From: Callorhinchus milii
Lineage: Eukaryota
Direction: 5' to 3'
NCBI RefSeq assembly: GCF_018977255.1
Contig: NW_024704743.1
Coordinates: 21,640,001-21,704,000 of the forward strand
Length of the DNA: 64,000 nucleotides
Shown: piece after piece, positions 50,462 to 63,900 of the stretch
Numbering within the stretch: the stretch's first letter is position 1
How the letters are laid out: every line of letters starts with the position of its first letter
The notes under the pieces: model-generated
Database searches by the model: none
Seen by the model: only the letters and a program-made list of their open reading frames with translations
Told to the model about the DNA's origin: nothing
Translations under genes and position numbers: made by a program

Positions 50462-52077
50462 CTGCGGAAGAAAAAGCACAGAAGGAATGGATGACTCGGA
50501 GCTTCGTGAATCACCCGTCCTAAAATATCCTTCTAAAGGGAAGTTATCCTATTTTGTGTGGTACATTTCCTTACAAATTACAGGGTAGAAATTCAAGTGA
50601 AGTCTAGATGCACTTGATTTTTGACAGCATTTCGAAGCGGGCAGAATTTATTAAGTTGTTGAATTCTGTACTGAGGTACTTATAAGAAACTTACAGAGAA
50701 AGAGCATCAAAATTAAGGCCGTATTTAAGAATGTGTAAAATTCTGTATGCTCTGAAACTCGGAGAGAATACAATAAATTTAGGCCCAGAAGATTGAGGTT
50801 CTCCCTCTACATTCTCAACCATGTACTGGGAAACCTTGTTAGAGTGACCTTCAATATAGTGTTGCTTCGCTTATAGTGTGGGTCACCTGTGGATACATGC
50901 TAACAGAAAGCATGGCATACCTGGCCTCTGTGACTAGTTGGCTAAAAATATGACTTGTGCATTGCCCCCATTTGTGGTATGTGGAAGAAGCACTGCTGGC
51001 ATCACTTCACTAACAAAACAATATTAGTGGCATTTCTTGCACGTGAGTAGGGCGCTGGAAATTACAACAGTGGCAACCTGATGATGTGGAAATAACAGTA
51101 ATTCACCCAATATGTCAGTAACAAACATCTGCCTTCACAGCACTTGGTAGGGGCTTCAACCCTTTGAACCATTTACATTTATCTTTGTTCTGAAGAGGTC
51201 AGTGTTCCTTTGTAAACTACGGCAGACTAAAAGTTTTCATCCCATCAGTCTGGGCTGAATTCAAAACTCAGCCCGAAGTCTAACCCACTATCATTTTCTT
51301 ATATAATTATATTTCCACCTCACTGACGATTATGCTTCCTCTCCTGACATAATACACCCACATTAAAATGTTGAAGCCTATCCTAAAGAGCCTCATGGCT
51401 CTTCAATCCAGCATCTTTTGGTGAGGTTTTATGGTACATTAGCTGTAAAAATGCAGTGAGGGGGTGTGTCTGTAAACTGACGTTTGGTACAAAGCAATCT
51501 CCCCCAAATTAGTTTAGACAGAAGGACAGTTTTAGCTGTCAGCATAGCGCTTTCGAAATCTGAATCAAAGTGGAAAAATAATGCAACAGAATATCAATCT
51601 AATCTTCTGCTTTCACCAAACACTGTTCTGGAGCTCGAGCCTGGATGTCAACAGGAACCTCTAATGAAGGATATAAATAGAGAAGCAACTTTTCCTGAGG
51701 CAATTTATTCCTCTCTGCTCTGCACCTTTATTCATGTTATAACCTATAATAGCTTTATCTGACAAAATTGTCCTTTTACGCTTGTTGCTGGTTCATCTAT
51801 AAACCAAGCACTAACTGTCAAAATTAATTGAGCCTCAGTTTTGAAAACTCGCACTGTTATCCATTAGGACATGAGCTGCCTTCCAGCTAACCAGGAAATG
51901 GTCTATTCTTCAAAGCAAAACACATCTGCCTCTCAGCCTTCTAAGTTATCCCTTTCCAGTCGATCACTGCAAATGCTGCCTTTTGTTTGGATGGGTTTTA
52001 TCGGTATTGCTGGAGTACAGCGACCCCACTAATAAAATCCATGGAAACGGCGAGAAAGATGCAGCCGCTTAATACTT

Positions 52078-52425
52078 TATAATAATAATAATAATCCTTG
52101 CATTTGGTATAGCGCCTTATCACGTTTTCGAGACATTTCAAAGCTCTTCACATTGTAAAGTGAATTTGCATATTTTGTGGGCGAAACGCGGCAGCCAAAC
52201 AGTCGTGGATTGATTGACCAATTTATTATTATTTTATTCTTTCGAAGGAATTATTACCCCCGGAAAAGCAATTTGCCAATCGACTAACAATCGGGTTCTT
52301 ACTTACTGCTAGGTAAACAGAGGCGTGTGGAGTAAGGAAACTTGCCCAACGTTTTGCCCTGCCGGGAATCAAACCCAGGCTTCTCGCTTGCGAGGCGAGT
52401 GCTCTAACTACTGAGCTACAGGACT
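52078..52425 (-). mobile_element. Young tRNA-Ala-headed SINE, long form with small internal deletions
   Basis: Colinear with 41785-42152. Confidence 0.9.
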
Positions 52426-54523
52426 GGTTCTATGGTATCATTTGATCTAATCTTTTCCGAACAGCCATCCTATCACCTTCCCGATGCAGCCTGAAGCTTT
52501 TTGTTTGCTTCTGTCCTTTTTTTAAAAAAAATGTTTACGGATTTTAGAAACGGGAAACAACTATTTTGTTAAAATTATCTTCAAGTTGGAGCTGAAAATT
52601 CTCAAGCCTATTTAAAACCAATTTTACTTGCTATTTATTTTAAAAACAATATCAGTAATATTGTGCAGTCTGGTAGCTCGGTTTGATAAGATTGGTTTCC
52701 TGCAAAATCCAATTGCTGTGAGATTGGTGCCGGGGGCTGACTGTCACCTTGTCACTATTGACAGAAGATTATATCAATTCTTACAGCAAGTCTTATACCA
52801 ATTTTTTTTTGGTCAGATGGGTGTCTGACACTTGCAGAAACCCATCACTATGCTTAAGAGTATCCAAACCAAGATGACATTACCATGAATTCCACCTACA
52901 CATGGAAATTCCAGAGGTAAGTTGTTGGAATGAAATGCACACTCTCTACCCGGAGGGACGCACCCTGCTTAGCTAATTCTGGATGGTATTAGGTGCAGGT
53001 TGGCAAGAGCCAAGGCTTGGTGACCCCAGAGTGTGCATTGGGGTACTGCTGGAGTCTGACCAGTTAAAACTGTATAGCTTGCCATTGATATTGCTGTCCA
53101 GCAAGCTTATATCAACCATTGGGGGTAGCAGCAAACTGTAAGGAGAAACTGGACAATTGGACCAGCCTGTTCTGCAATACCCACCCTGACTTCCTCCCAT
53201 CACAACATCAAACTTTTTTTTAAAAAGAGTCCAGGGTTCTGGCTTCAACCACCCTTCCTGGCAACTGGTTTCAATCATTAATTACTTTCCAAGTGAAGAA
53301 AACCTTCCTGGTGCCTGTACTGAAATTGCCCTTTGCAACTTTAAACCTGCGTCCTCTTGTTCTGCCGATTCATTGCATCCAAGAGTATTGTCCTTGGGTT
53401 TACTTTATAAAATGCAATTTAAAATCATTCCAATGAGTCCTGGGGGCAGACAACAGCATTGCTGTGCTGCTGTGATATAAATATAGCATGAGCTACTCTT
53501 AACGCTAATAGCCTTTGTATGAATATCGTGGCCTTGCAGCGCCTCAAGATAATTCACAGTAAAACGAGGTGTTCCCTGTTCTGCCTGAATCCACATGTGA
53601 GTGATTTCACTCAATTTTTGTATCAGGCAACTTTGTTTTAGAAGTAATCTTCTGCATTTGATTTTGTTACTGTGTAAAATGTAAGGTGCGTTCAAGAACC
53701 ACTCAGGATGAATTATACATGGGTGAGCTGAGAGGTCAGTGTGCTGCTAAGGCCAAATAATAAACGCTCAATCTTAGACCGACTCCCACATGTACAGGAC
53801 AGAGCTGTTTTCAATTGGGGCTGACAGTGCCAGTCTCCATGATGCCTCATGTAAACTTTGAAAGTATTCAGCATTTTTCCTTTTACAGAAACAAAACGAG
53901 AAGCTTGACACCTACACAAAGCTTAGAATAGGAGCTCCGTGAAAATGAGGTTCACAGCAATTTCCTGTCAAATTTCTCTCTTCTCCTCCTCTCCGAGAGG
54001 AGCTTTATTTCCTCTGCTACAATAAGGCTACGATAAGGTTATTAGTCCACGCTAGAAGCTGATGAGGAAACTCCAGCAATCAATCACTTTCCACACTAAT
54101 CAACCAGCTTAATAACTCCACTAACATGTGTTTCAACGCATTAAATAACAGCAACCCACTCGTGGAGTGTGGAAACTCACTGCACAATAGAGGAGCTTCA
54201 AAGTCAGGAAACAGATTGAACCCAGCAGGTACAGGCTGAATCAGCACGATAACCTTCCAGTGGTAGAGGACGATCTGAGGAAGCGTCACAAAGTGACCTC
54301 TTAACCATATTAATAATCCTTACATTTGGTATAGTGTCATTTACGTCAGGAGGTTATTCCAAAGCACTTCTCAGATACGTTATAAAGTACAGTGGCTGTG
54401 TGCTTTGAGGGCAGACAAACATAATCAACGTGATGTTAGAGTCACATGGTTAACTTGAAAAGAGACCCTAAGAGATAGCAAAAACTTTCATTTGTACTTA
54501 AAGACCTCAATAATACCAAGTAT

Positions 54524-54945
54524 GTCAGCTTGGCTCAGTGGTAGTGCTCTCGCCTCTGAGTCAGAAGCTTATGGGTTCAAATCCTACATCGGGACTTGAA
54601 TTCTCATATTCTAAAAAGACATTCTAACGCAGAGCTTCGTTGGAGGTGCCGTCCTTCAGATGAGACATTAAACCAAGGTCCCTTCTGCCTGTTCACATTA
54701 AATAACTGGGACCTGTTAAAGATCCCATGGCATTATTCGAAAAGAGAAGGGAGTTTCTCCTTCCCAGAGTCCTGGCCAACAATCTCCCAAATAAAATTGT
54801 TCACTTACTCCATGGTTGTTTGTGGGACATTGCTGTATGCAATTGTGCTGCCGTGTTTGCCTACAAATACAATCCTGTGAAGCGCTTTGAGACCCCTTAC
54901 GGCATCATAAGGCACTATACCAAACGTAAAGATTATTATTAATAA
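54524..54945 (+). mobile_element. Older Deu-domain SINE, full length
   Basis: gtcagcttggctcagtggtagtgctctcgcctctgagtcagaag head; Deu-like core; tail. Confidence 0.85.
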
Positions 54946-55487
54946 TAATCAAATCTTTTGATTATGATATTGTGCCTTTCACATCAGGACATCTTGAAGC
55001 ACTTCACAGAATATACTGCAAAGTGTGGTGAACGTGCATTTTTAAGTAGGCTCTTTCAAAACGCCTTAAGAGATGTGATAGATGTAATGTAATCTATCAG
55101 CACCTTGATAGATTTAATAGTGAGCACTCAACAGACAAAATGAAGATTTAAGGATATTGGACAAGATTTGTTTTGAAGGCATAGATATAACGCACATATT
55201 TTGGTTGAGAGGTCAAGAGGACAGAGGCATGGATGCTAACCAGAGTATTGGGGAAAAAAGCAATAGACAAATACACAGTCACTGCACTTTATAGGAATTC
55301 CTGTGAAGCGCTTTGAGATGTTGCAATGATGTGATAAGGCACTATATCAAAGGCAAGGGTTATCACTATTATATACTTGGCCAGCATTAATATCTCTCCC
55401 TCTATTAAATGTACATCCCTAACAGAAGGAAACAGAAAGTACAAGATAACATTTTCCACAGGTAATATTCAGGCAAGTCACACCTAC

Positions 55488-55726
55488 CAATGGCCATCAT
55501 GTAGTCCCAACGGTCCAACAGGCACATATTAAACTGAAGTCCATCCACAGTCCATCCCTGGGCAATCAGTGGAACATTTCTGTCCAAGTTCTCACAGACT
55601 GCAGACGTCCACGAGATTAGGAACCAGCACACTATGAGTAGAATGATTCCCAGCATCCTCACCACCCTCCAGCTTGTCATGTATGGGATTCGTTGCGCAG
55701 TCCGGGATAGGAAAACCTTCAAAACC
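55488..55726 (-). CDS. GPR158: GPR158 coding exon (equivalent to exon 7), ICL2-TM4-ECL2
   Basis: gcag|GGTTTTG...ATTG|gtaggt; (R)VLKVFLSRTAQRIPYMTSWRVVRMLGIILLIVCWFLISWTSAVCENLDRNVPLIAQGWTVDGLQFNMCLLDRWDYMMAI. The RIPYMT segment favours GPR158 over GPR179. Confidence 0.96.
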
Positions 55727-56764
55727 CTGCAGCATCAGAGAGAGCAGAATCAACACATCATTCCTATTAATGTTATGGACCCCTTCTAGTTCTCCCCCCT
55801 CCTTCCAACACTGCGTTGTGCTCTGTCACTGTCACGCGCTCTGGTATGCTACCCTGCTTGAGGGGAGCTATATAAATGCAAGTGATTGTTGTTGAAGTAG
55901 TTAGTTTAGATACACTGAAATTCTACCACTGGTAAAAAAGTCAATCCTTCTGCCTCAGTTCATTCGCCGTGTAAATGAATCCAATACCAATCTTAATTAA
56001 CGATGATCTATCTCTTTAAAGTACTAAGAAGCACAAATGATTGAGATGTAATAATTTAACCTGTGAATATGGGACACAGATTTAATTTTTTTTAATATAA
56101 GCCCTGAGAAAGACAAGAGATTAGAAGAAACCTTTCTCATACAATGGACATGTGAAACCGATTCAGCAAAAGTAGATGAATAGCCCCTGCAGAAAAAAAG
56201 AGGGGCAATGGCTGTTTGCGAATGATTTTCGAAGTTACAGGAGAGGCTGACTGGGAAATGGGCAAATGGTCTGTGAGAAATAATGGTGATGGCACTGTTG
56301 GAGCTAGGGAAAGGCAAAGGATATTGGGGTTGATTGATCATATGCCAATCACTACAAATAGGCATGTCTTTATAATGGTTGGTAGGGGGATGCCTACCAA
56401 AAGTCCCTGCCTCAGCATGGCTGGGCCAAAAGAATTCTCCACCCTGTTATAGAGTTCGGAATTTGAGTGCATCTAAGAGAAGATACCAACTTAACTCAAT
56501 TGGTACAATGTACAGCAACACTCAAACCCAGACTCCAGGATCGACAAAGGGAGTCAGGCTCTGCCGAGTGGCTGAAAGTTTCTGAATCAACCATAATACC
56601 CAAGTCAACGAGTATTCAGTCCATGGTCAGATTTTAGGAAAAAGGATGTTAAAATGTGACGATTCAATTAGTGATGATTCAATTTGATCATTATCACACT
56701 GAATCAGTTATAAAACATGTTCACATGTTTCACCCTGTAGTCTTGTCAATCAATTGTGTCAACT

Positions 56765-57118
56765 GTCTGACTCAATTGATAGCATTCTCGCCTCTGGGAC
56801 TTGGAACTCATAGTGCTGGCTGGTACTCCAATGTAGTACTGAGAAACACTGATTTGTCGGAGGTGCCAACCTTCAGTTGAGATGTTAAACCAATCACTTG
56901 TCTGCCTGTTCAGTTGGAGGTTAAAGATCCCCTGGGCCAACAAACCGCCAAATAAAATGGGTCACTTCATAGCTGTTTGCAGGGCACTGCTATGGGGAAA
57001 TTGGCTGCTGCATTTGCCTACAAAATACATAGTCACTACTTTTTACAGTATATCCCATGAAGCGCTTTGAGACACCCTCACGTTGTGAAAGGTAGTAAAT
57101 CAAATGTAAGAATTATTT
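56765..57118 (+). mobile_element. Older Deu-domain SINE, degraded
   Basis: Core cggaggtgccaaccttcagttgagatgttaaacc and tail, ending ~70 bp from exon 6. Confidence 0.75.
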
Positions 57119-57187
57119 AATCAAGAGCAGGAAATGACCTAGTTTGGTTGCAGTAAATAATGGTGTGAGGTAGAGTAGAGATTGTAC

Positions 57188-57297
57188 CTGTACAACTTGA
57201 GAGTCACGGTTCCATATACTGTAGCAAAGCCCAGAAGACGAACCCATCGTAAAAGAATACATCTGAATATGCTTGGCTCAAAGTACAATATAACAAC
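57188..57297 (-). CDS. GPR158: GPR158 coding exon (equivalent to human exon 6), TM2-TM3 region
   Basis: ttgcag|GTTGTT...TACAG|gtac; translates VVILYFEPSIFRCILLRWVRLLGFATVYGTVTLKLY(R). Absent from the ORF track; found by reading the minus strand. Confidence 0.95.
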
Positions 57298-57821
57298 CTG
57301 CAAGAGAAAACCAAGGGCAAGTCCGATTTACCCAGTATTCCAGCAGTCTATGGTTCTTATTTCCATTATTAGAGTATATATACACAATTCCCCAAATAAA
57401 ACTGGTCATTCACTTCATGGCTGTTCATGGGACATTGCTGCGTGCAAATCTGGCTGCCGTGTTTGCCTACAAATACACAGTCTGTTGACTTCAATCAGCC
57501 GTGGATTTGGCTGATGCATGTCGTCAGTGGATTTGGACCTGATATAACCAAGCATAGATATATTCCTGTGAAGTGTGAACTCACGCATGCTCTGCTAAAA
57601 GTATGGATTATTATTGTTATCCACAAGAGAAAAACTACTCCATTAAATTATTTACCTTTACACATGTAATGTTAGATTAATGCCTGGAATGTACACTTGA
57701 ATGAGAGTTAAAAGCAGAAATGTGCCGCCGATCAGCGGTTGCAACCATTGTTATTATTGAATACTTTGCATGCAGTATGACTCTATGTAAAGAATCTTTA
57801 AAGAATTTCGAAAATAGACTT

Positions 57822-58217
57822 ATAATAATTATCCTTGTATATAGTTGCCCTTTATAGGGCCTTATCCTGTTATTGAGAAGTTTCAAAGCTTTTCACAGAA
57901 TATACTGTAAAGTGAATTGACTCTATATTTTGTGGGTGAAACGTGGCAGCCAATTGCGTACAGTAGTGTCCCACAAACAGTCATAGATTGATTGACCAAA
58001 TTATTTTTATTATTTAAGAAAAAACTCTTTTTTAAGGAATTATTATCCCCAGAAAAGCGATCCGTCAAGGGTCTAAAAACCGTGTTCTTACTTACTACTA
58101 GGTAAACACAGGTGTGGAGTAAGGAAACTTGCCTAAGGTTTCACATCACCCAGGAATCGAACCGGGGTCTTCTCGCTTGCGAGGCTAGTTTGCTAACCAA
58201 TATGCTACAGGACTCCA
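57822..58217 (-). mobile_element. tRNA-headed SINE, long form, more diverged
   Basis: Colinear with 41785-42152 with more substitutions. Confidence 0.85.
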
Positions 58218-58289
58218 TAGGGTCTTCAAAATTAAGACTGCACTGAAGATTTGCTGAATTTTGGAAGCTCTAAGATATGATATTTTAGT

Positions 58290-58692
58290 GAAAACTTGAC
58301 TTAGTTGGTAGCACATTCACCTCAGAAGATTGGGTTCAAGCCCCATGTCAGGACTCAGAACTCATTTTATCTAGGCTGACACTCCAATGTAGTGCTGAGG
58401 TGTGCTGCATTGTTTAGAGGTGCCATCGTTCGGAGAAGATATCAAACTGAAGTCCAATTTGCCAGTTCAGGTAGGGTTAAGGATCTCATGGTATTTTCGA
58501 AAACAGAGGGTAGTTTCTTTCAGTATTCTGGCCAACATTCCCCAAAATAAAACTGGTTATTCCATTTGTGGGTACTTGCTGTGCACAAATTGGCTACCAG
58601 GTTTGCCTACACTTTACAGTGAATCCTGTGAAGTGTTTTGAGACATCCTCCTGATATGTAAGGTACTATATTAAAGGCAAAGATTATTTATT
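58290..58692 (+). mobile_element. Older Deu-domain SINE, degraded
   Basis: Colinear with 54524-54945. Confidence 0.75.
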
Positions 58693-60246
58693 AATCATAT
58701 TCCTCCCTCTTTATAACCCCATTTTGTAGCTGTAAAAATTGCTTAGTAAATAGACTTATCTCACGTTGTCAGATCATAGTTGCTCTGCGAGGCTAAAATG
58801 AGTACCTGGGATTTGCACATGCATGACTAAGTACACTTTTGTTTGGGCCAGCCTTGCACTCCTGCACTGAAGCTTAACGCACGCACGAGACAACACATTA
58901 GTAGTTGACATGAAGATACTACTGAAATTGCTGTAACCATTGCCTGATGTCTTTATCAAAGAACAAATCATGTTTTCGATGTGAAGAAAGATTCCTTTCT
59001 TATTGGAAATGCCTGTAATGTGATTATCGGCTTTGGATTCGAAACTCCTCATAATATGCATTCTCTCACATTTCGAAGTAAAAACAAGGCAAATCCTTGA
59101 TGACTTATCTACAGGAATGTTGAGGATTTCAGCTAATGCCTTGAAAGTGCGACCCTCTAACGTGTCTACATATCAATGTATAGACACACTGGAGGACATC
59201 TCAAGACCTACCACTTTGACCACACTTACATTTCACAACCTCATTTGGCTCCCAGCTTGAGTGCCCATGTTAAACATCTTGGGATGTACTCCTAATGTGA
59301 AAGGCACTATATAAATCTGTATTGCTTTTGTGTTGTGTTGTAATGTGATGTTTTTTGATTTGCCGTATTCAAAACCTCCTTTGTTTTCCCCCAGCAGTTG
59401 TTCTTGAAAGAAGCAAAAGGATTTGTAAAACAAAACTTCAAGATTAACAAAAGTGCAAATTTAATGTCTACGTATTACAAATATCCCAGGAGACACATGA
59501 GTTGCCTTTCATCATTAATGAGCTTTAGCTCAGATTACAAATCATTGATCATATTAAAATCCAGTGATTTTATCAATAATAATAATCCCTGCATTTGATA
59601 TAGCACTTTACCATGTCGTCAAGAGACTACACCAGATTTTACTGTGAAGTGACTGTGTATCCAAACATAGCAGCCAATTTTTACACAGCAATATCCTGCA
59701 GAAAGTGAATGACCAATTTTATTTGGGAGACTGTTGGCCAGGACACAGGAGGACTCCCTTCTCTTTCTGGTGGTGGGGGTGGTGAGAAATGACTAAATCT
59801 AGAGCAACATTTTGCATTGATTTTAATTGTGACTTTCACAGTGGACTGTGGAATTTATCAGCTGTGTTTAAAGATGCAATGTCAAATAATTATCAAGTCC
59901 ATAAGAAGCCAACAATACAATGTCTTTCTCTGACACTGACTTCTGTATTTAATTGCAGAGTATGGTTTCCTGTCTCTCTCTGGCATCTGGCTGCAGAGCA
60001 TATTTTGGCAGGCATAGGGTATGACCTCTTCACCCTGAGACAGATTGCAGAGGGTGTGTTTATTTTGAATCAAGTTATAGTGATCTAAACTACAGAATGA
60101 CATGTACCGCAATACATTTCTACAAGGTAATTAACTGCTGATAGCTCTGTCAATTTTATTTCAAACACCGTAGTTGAGAAGCACCCACGATTTTCTATTG
60201 AAAGTCTCTGAACACTCATTATTTGACCTAGTATACAGTAATACTT

Positions 60247-60850
60247 AGAGTCCTGTAGCTTAGTGGCTAGAGCATTCGCCTCACAAGCAAGAGGATCTGG
60301 GTTCGATTCCCGGCAGAGCGAAATGTTGGTCAAGTTTGCTTACTTCACACAACTCTGTGTACCGAGCTGTAAGTAGGAACCCGGTTGTTAGCCAATTGGC
60401 AGCTCACATTTCCAGGGATAATAAAGCATTTCGCCCACAAATATACAGTCAATCCACTTTATCATAATAATAATAAAATATTTGCATGTGGCATTCACAG
60501 TCACTGTGAAGCGCTTTGAGACATCTAGAAGACGTGAAAAGCGCGATATCAAATGCAAAGATTATTTATTATTGTATAATTCCTTCAAGATAAATTTAAA
60601 ACATTTTGTCACTCAATCCATGACTGTTTGTTGGTTGGTGGATCGCCAATAATCCCTTCATAAAATAATTATTATAATTTGGTCACTCAATCCATGACTG
60701 TTTGTGGGACATTGCTGTGCGCAATTGGCTGCCGTGTTTCACCCACAAAATATAGTCAATTCACTTTACAGTATATTCTGCGAAGCACTTTGAGACGTCT
60801 CGAAGACGTGATAAGACGCTATATCAAATGCAAGTACTATTATTATTACC
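60247..60850 (+). mobile_element. Composite of nested same-family SINE copies
   Basis: tRNA head at 60247, an internal tail at ~60490-60575, a duplicated gtcactcaatccatgactgtttg, and a second tail ending ~60850. Confidence 0.82.
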
Positions 60851-61284
60851 ATAGAGACTGTATTGAAGCAATAGAGCAATGTGAGTGAGCAGCCTGGAGT
60901 TGTATTGCTTGCTGGCTTTCCACCCCTCCTGCTGACATTTTACTAAACGTTCACTTTGAATGAGCACAAACTATGTTGTGTGACTCTCTTATAATTCCTG
61001 CATGAAATTGAATTTACGCTCCAAATAGTTCACATATTGGATTTCTAGACTGTAATCATCGCTAAATTTTAACCAATTTAGTATTGAATTTTTTCTCCAA
61101 ATGCGAGAATAAATTGTGTGGTGTTTGTGCTAATTCCAAGATTGTGCAGGATTGTTCAGGCTGCTACCAGGATTTAAATCAAGCGAATGGCTGTTTTTCA
61201 ATAATGGGGAAATCTTTATTTTGCTTGCGGTTTCAGCACAAGGTTAGAGCTTCAAAAGAAAGGCCAATTTAATGGAAAGTTCCA

Positions 61285-61571
61285 CCGGGTCTGGCTTTCT
61301 CCTCGTCCCCTGAGTCCTCCGCTCCACCCTCAGTGGCCGTGCCTTCAGCCACGACACCCCGAGGCTCTGGAACTCCCTTCCTCACTCCCTTCGCTTCGCT
61401 CCCTCTCTTCCTATTTTCAGGTCTCAGCTGAAGACGTTTCTTTTCGACCGCGCTTTGGTCACCTTCCTCCCCCTCCCCCTCCCCCTGACTCGGCTCCGGG
61501 ATCTGTTACTGTGAAGCGCTCTGAGATGCCGTCCAGCGTAGAAGGCCCTATATAAATCCAACTTGTTGTTG
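61285..61571 (+). mobile_element. L2 3' end, subfamily like 990-2835
   Basis: GRAFSHDTPRLWNSLP-type coding end; terminal ...ggccctatataaatccaacttgttgttg. Confidence 0.82.
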
Positions 61572-62080
61572 AAAGTAGGATTCATATGGTAAAGCACAGT
61601 TTTACTCACTGTTTGGTCTCCATTAGGAGTCTACACTTTGTCTTGCAGTGTCATCGTTCTATATGCCCTGCCCTGCATGTTGTGCTATCCCTATATAGGC
61701 GTATCAGGAGTTCAATCTGGTTTCAAAGCATATTCAATTTGTGTGAGTCCTGCTCATGAATACTACAATTATGTACTCATTGGCTTTCTACAAATTTTTG
61801 TGTTTTGCCACATGCAAATATTTTATTTTTATTATAATGCAGTTGTATTTTAGCTTGGATGTCTGACAAAAATTTCTGCTTGCTGGACCGGATCTCTCCT
61901 CCCATCCCCATTAGTCCAGCTAGCCAGGCTTTTAGTGTATGTGAAAAATGTAAGTAGTCCCCAGGATAACCTCCACAAGCGGGTGTTCCCCAGACTCTGC
62001 CAATATCCCCATAAACTAGCGGTTGTTGCAGATGCCTGTTGCTTTTATTATGCATTACAATGTCCTCATGAATATTTATT

Positions 62081-62467
62081 ATAACAATAATCCTTGTGTG
62101 CCTTTCATTCGGGAGGATGTTACAAAAGCTTCACAGGCTTTACTGTAAAGTTATTGCCTGTGTATTTGTTGACAAACAAGGCAGCCATTTTGCACAGAGC
62201 AATGTCCCATAAACAGTCATTACGTGAATGACCAATTCTATTTGTTGGCCAGGACACCGGATGAAACTTCTGTCCCTTTTCAAATAATGTCACATGAACA
62301 GATAGGTTTTAACATCTCATAGGAAGGATGGTACCTCCAACAATGCAGCACGTCCACAGCTCTGGAATGTCAGGTTAGACTATATGAATTCCAAGTCCTA
62401 ACATGGGGCTTGAACCCACAACTTTCTGTCTCAGAGATGAGCGTGCTACTAACTGAGCCAGGTTGAC
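62081..62467 (-). mobile_element. Older Deu-domain SINE
   Basis: Reverse-complement head ...actgagccaggttgac plus core and tail. Confidence 0.78.
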
Positions 62468-63900
62468 ACAAAGATTCAAGGGAAGCTTGGTGGAGTGACC
62501 ACGCAGCCAAAAGAACTAGACTGAGATAGCCTAACCTTACTTCACATACTCGTACATGAGAAAGGTTGAGGAGACTTTCAACTCACCAAGCTGGATTCAA
62601 ATCCAGGTCTCGGAAGTGAAAAGCCATGAACGTACTCATGCACCTGCTAATTTAGTTTTTTTTTAGAAAAACTTGCTTCTATAAAATGCTTCTGAAGGGA
62701 TTTCTGATGGTGAGTCCCATGTTTTTAGTGCATAATTCTCTGTGTCCCACAGTCAGTAATTCATGAATTTTATACCTTCCTGACCTCTTCTGACATTTCT
62801 TGCAGCTGCTCGTATGATGCAGATGTCTGGCATTTGTGACATCTGCATCATTTATATCTTATTAAAATTGAATGTACTGCAGCACTTGGAGGAACTGGAA
62901 AGTGGATAGTTCTGAAAATGTCGCAGGAGCGACAAGAGTCTTCACTTCATGGCTGTTCATGCCCACACACACCCTCAGCTCCCAGCCCCAGCCAGCAATG
63001 TCAAAAGCTTTGAGACATCCTCTCGATGTGAAAGGTGCTACAAAATTGAAATTGTATTGTATTAATTGTGGGATTTTGCTGTGCGCAAATTGGCTCAGAG
63101 TTCACCTAAAAAATACGCAGCCACCACACCTTACGAAATCCTGCGAAACGCTTGGAGATATCCTCCTCCTGGCATGAAAAGCGCGATATCAAATGCAAAG
63201 ATTAGTATTATTTTTAATCATCAAATCACAAGCGACGAATATGGTTAAAATGTAGATAGAAAACAGAAATGTTTCAAAATAAGACCTGTAACAGCGGAAC
63301 GAGTGGGTGAGTCAGCAGGGCTTGTGACACCGCCCTCCCCAATCACACTGAGGTACTGACCCATTTACCTGTACGTTTTGGCAAACCCGGTGCTATTTTC
63401 AACCGCCCACAGCCTGGCCACTGATAAACTGGCAGCCCAGTCTGTCAATCAGAGCCATGTTAGGCAACGGCAGAGTGGTGGAGCCAAGTCAATCCCACTC
63501 CCAATTCTTCGAACCTAGATCTGCCACTGTATAAATCTCTCTGAAATCAGTATGAAGTCATTATTCACTGCTAGCATTGCTGGGTGGTAATCATGACTGG
63601 GTATCTGTATAATACAATGAGTATATACAATTATAATATTATAATACAACTATAAGTAAACCAATTGTGGGGGTTTCAAAGGGTTTCACAAAATATACAG
63701 TCAATTCACTATACAGTATATTATGTGAAGCTTTGAGATGTCTCAACTACTTGATAAGGCGCTATATCAAATGCAAGGATTGTTATTATTTTTACAGAAT
63801 CAAACAGCAATGTGATGGGTCTGAGATGCTATCGGCAAACAAAAAAGCAGAGAGTGAAACAAACAAAAGTGGCTCCAAAAGCGAACACATGCATTGCTAT

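Larger units (their letters stand above)
22094..57297 (-). other. GPR158: GPR158 gene span within the window (last six coding exons; 5' part outside the window)
   Basis: Exons of 110, 239, 139, 106, 147 and 1920 nt, all flanked by AG/GT, join in frame (2661 nt = 886 aa + TGA). They encode the distal 7TM region and the cytoplasmic tail typical of GPR158. Exon numbers below follow my recollection of the human 11-exon structure. Confidence 0.96.

Noticed and set aside
58774..59180. Long open frame on the minus strand (DTLEGRTFKALAEIL...)
   Set aside because: No recognisable homology or convincing splice sites; possibly a decayed transposon, unsupported without a search.
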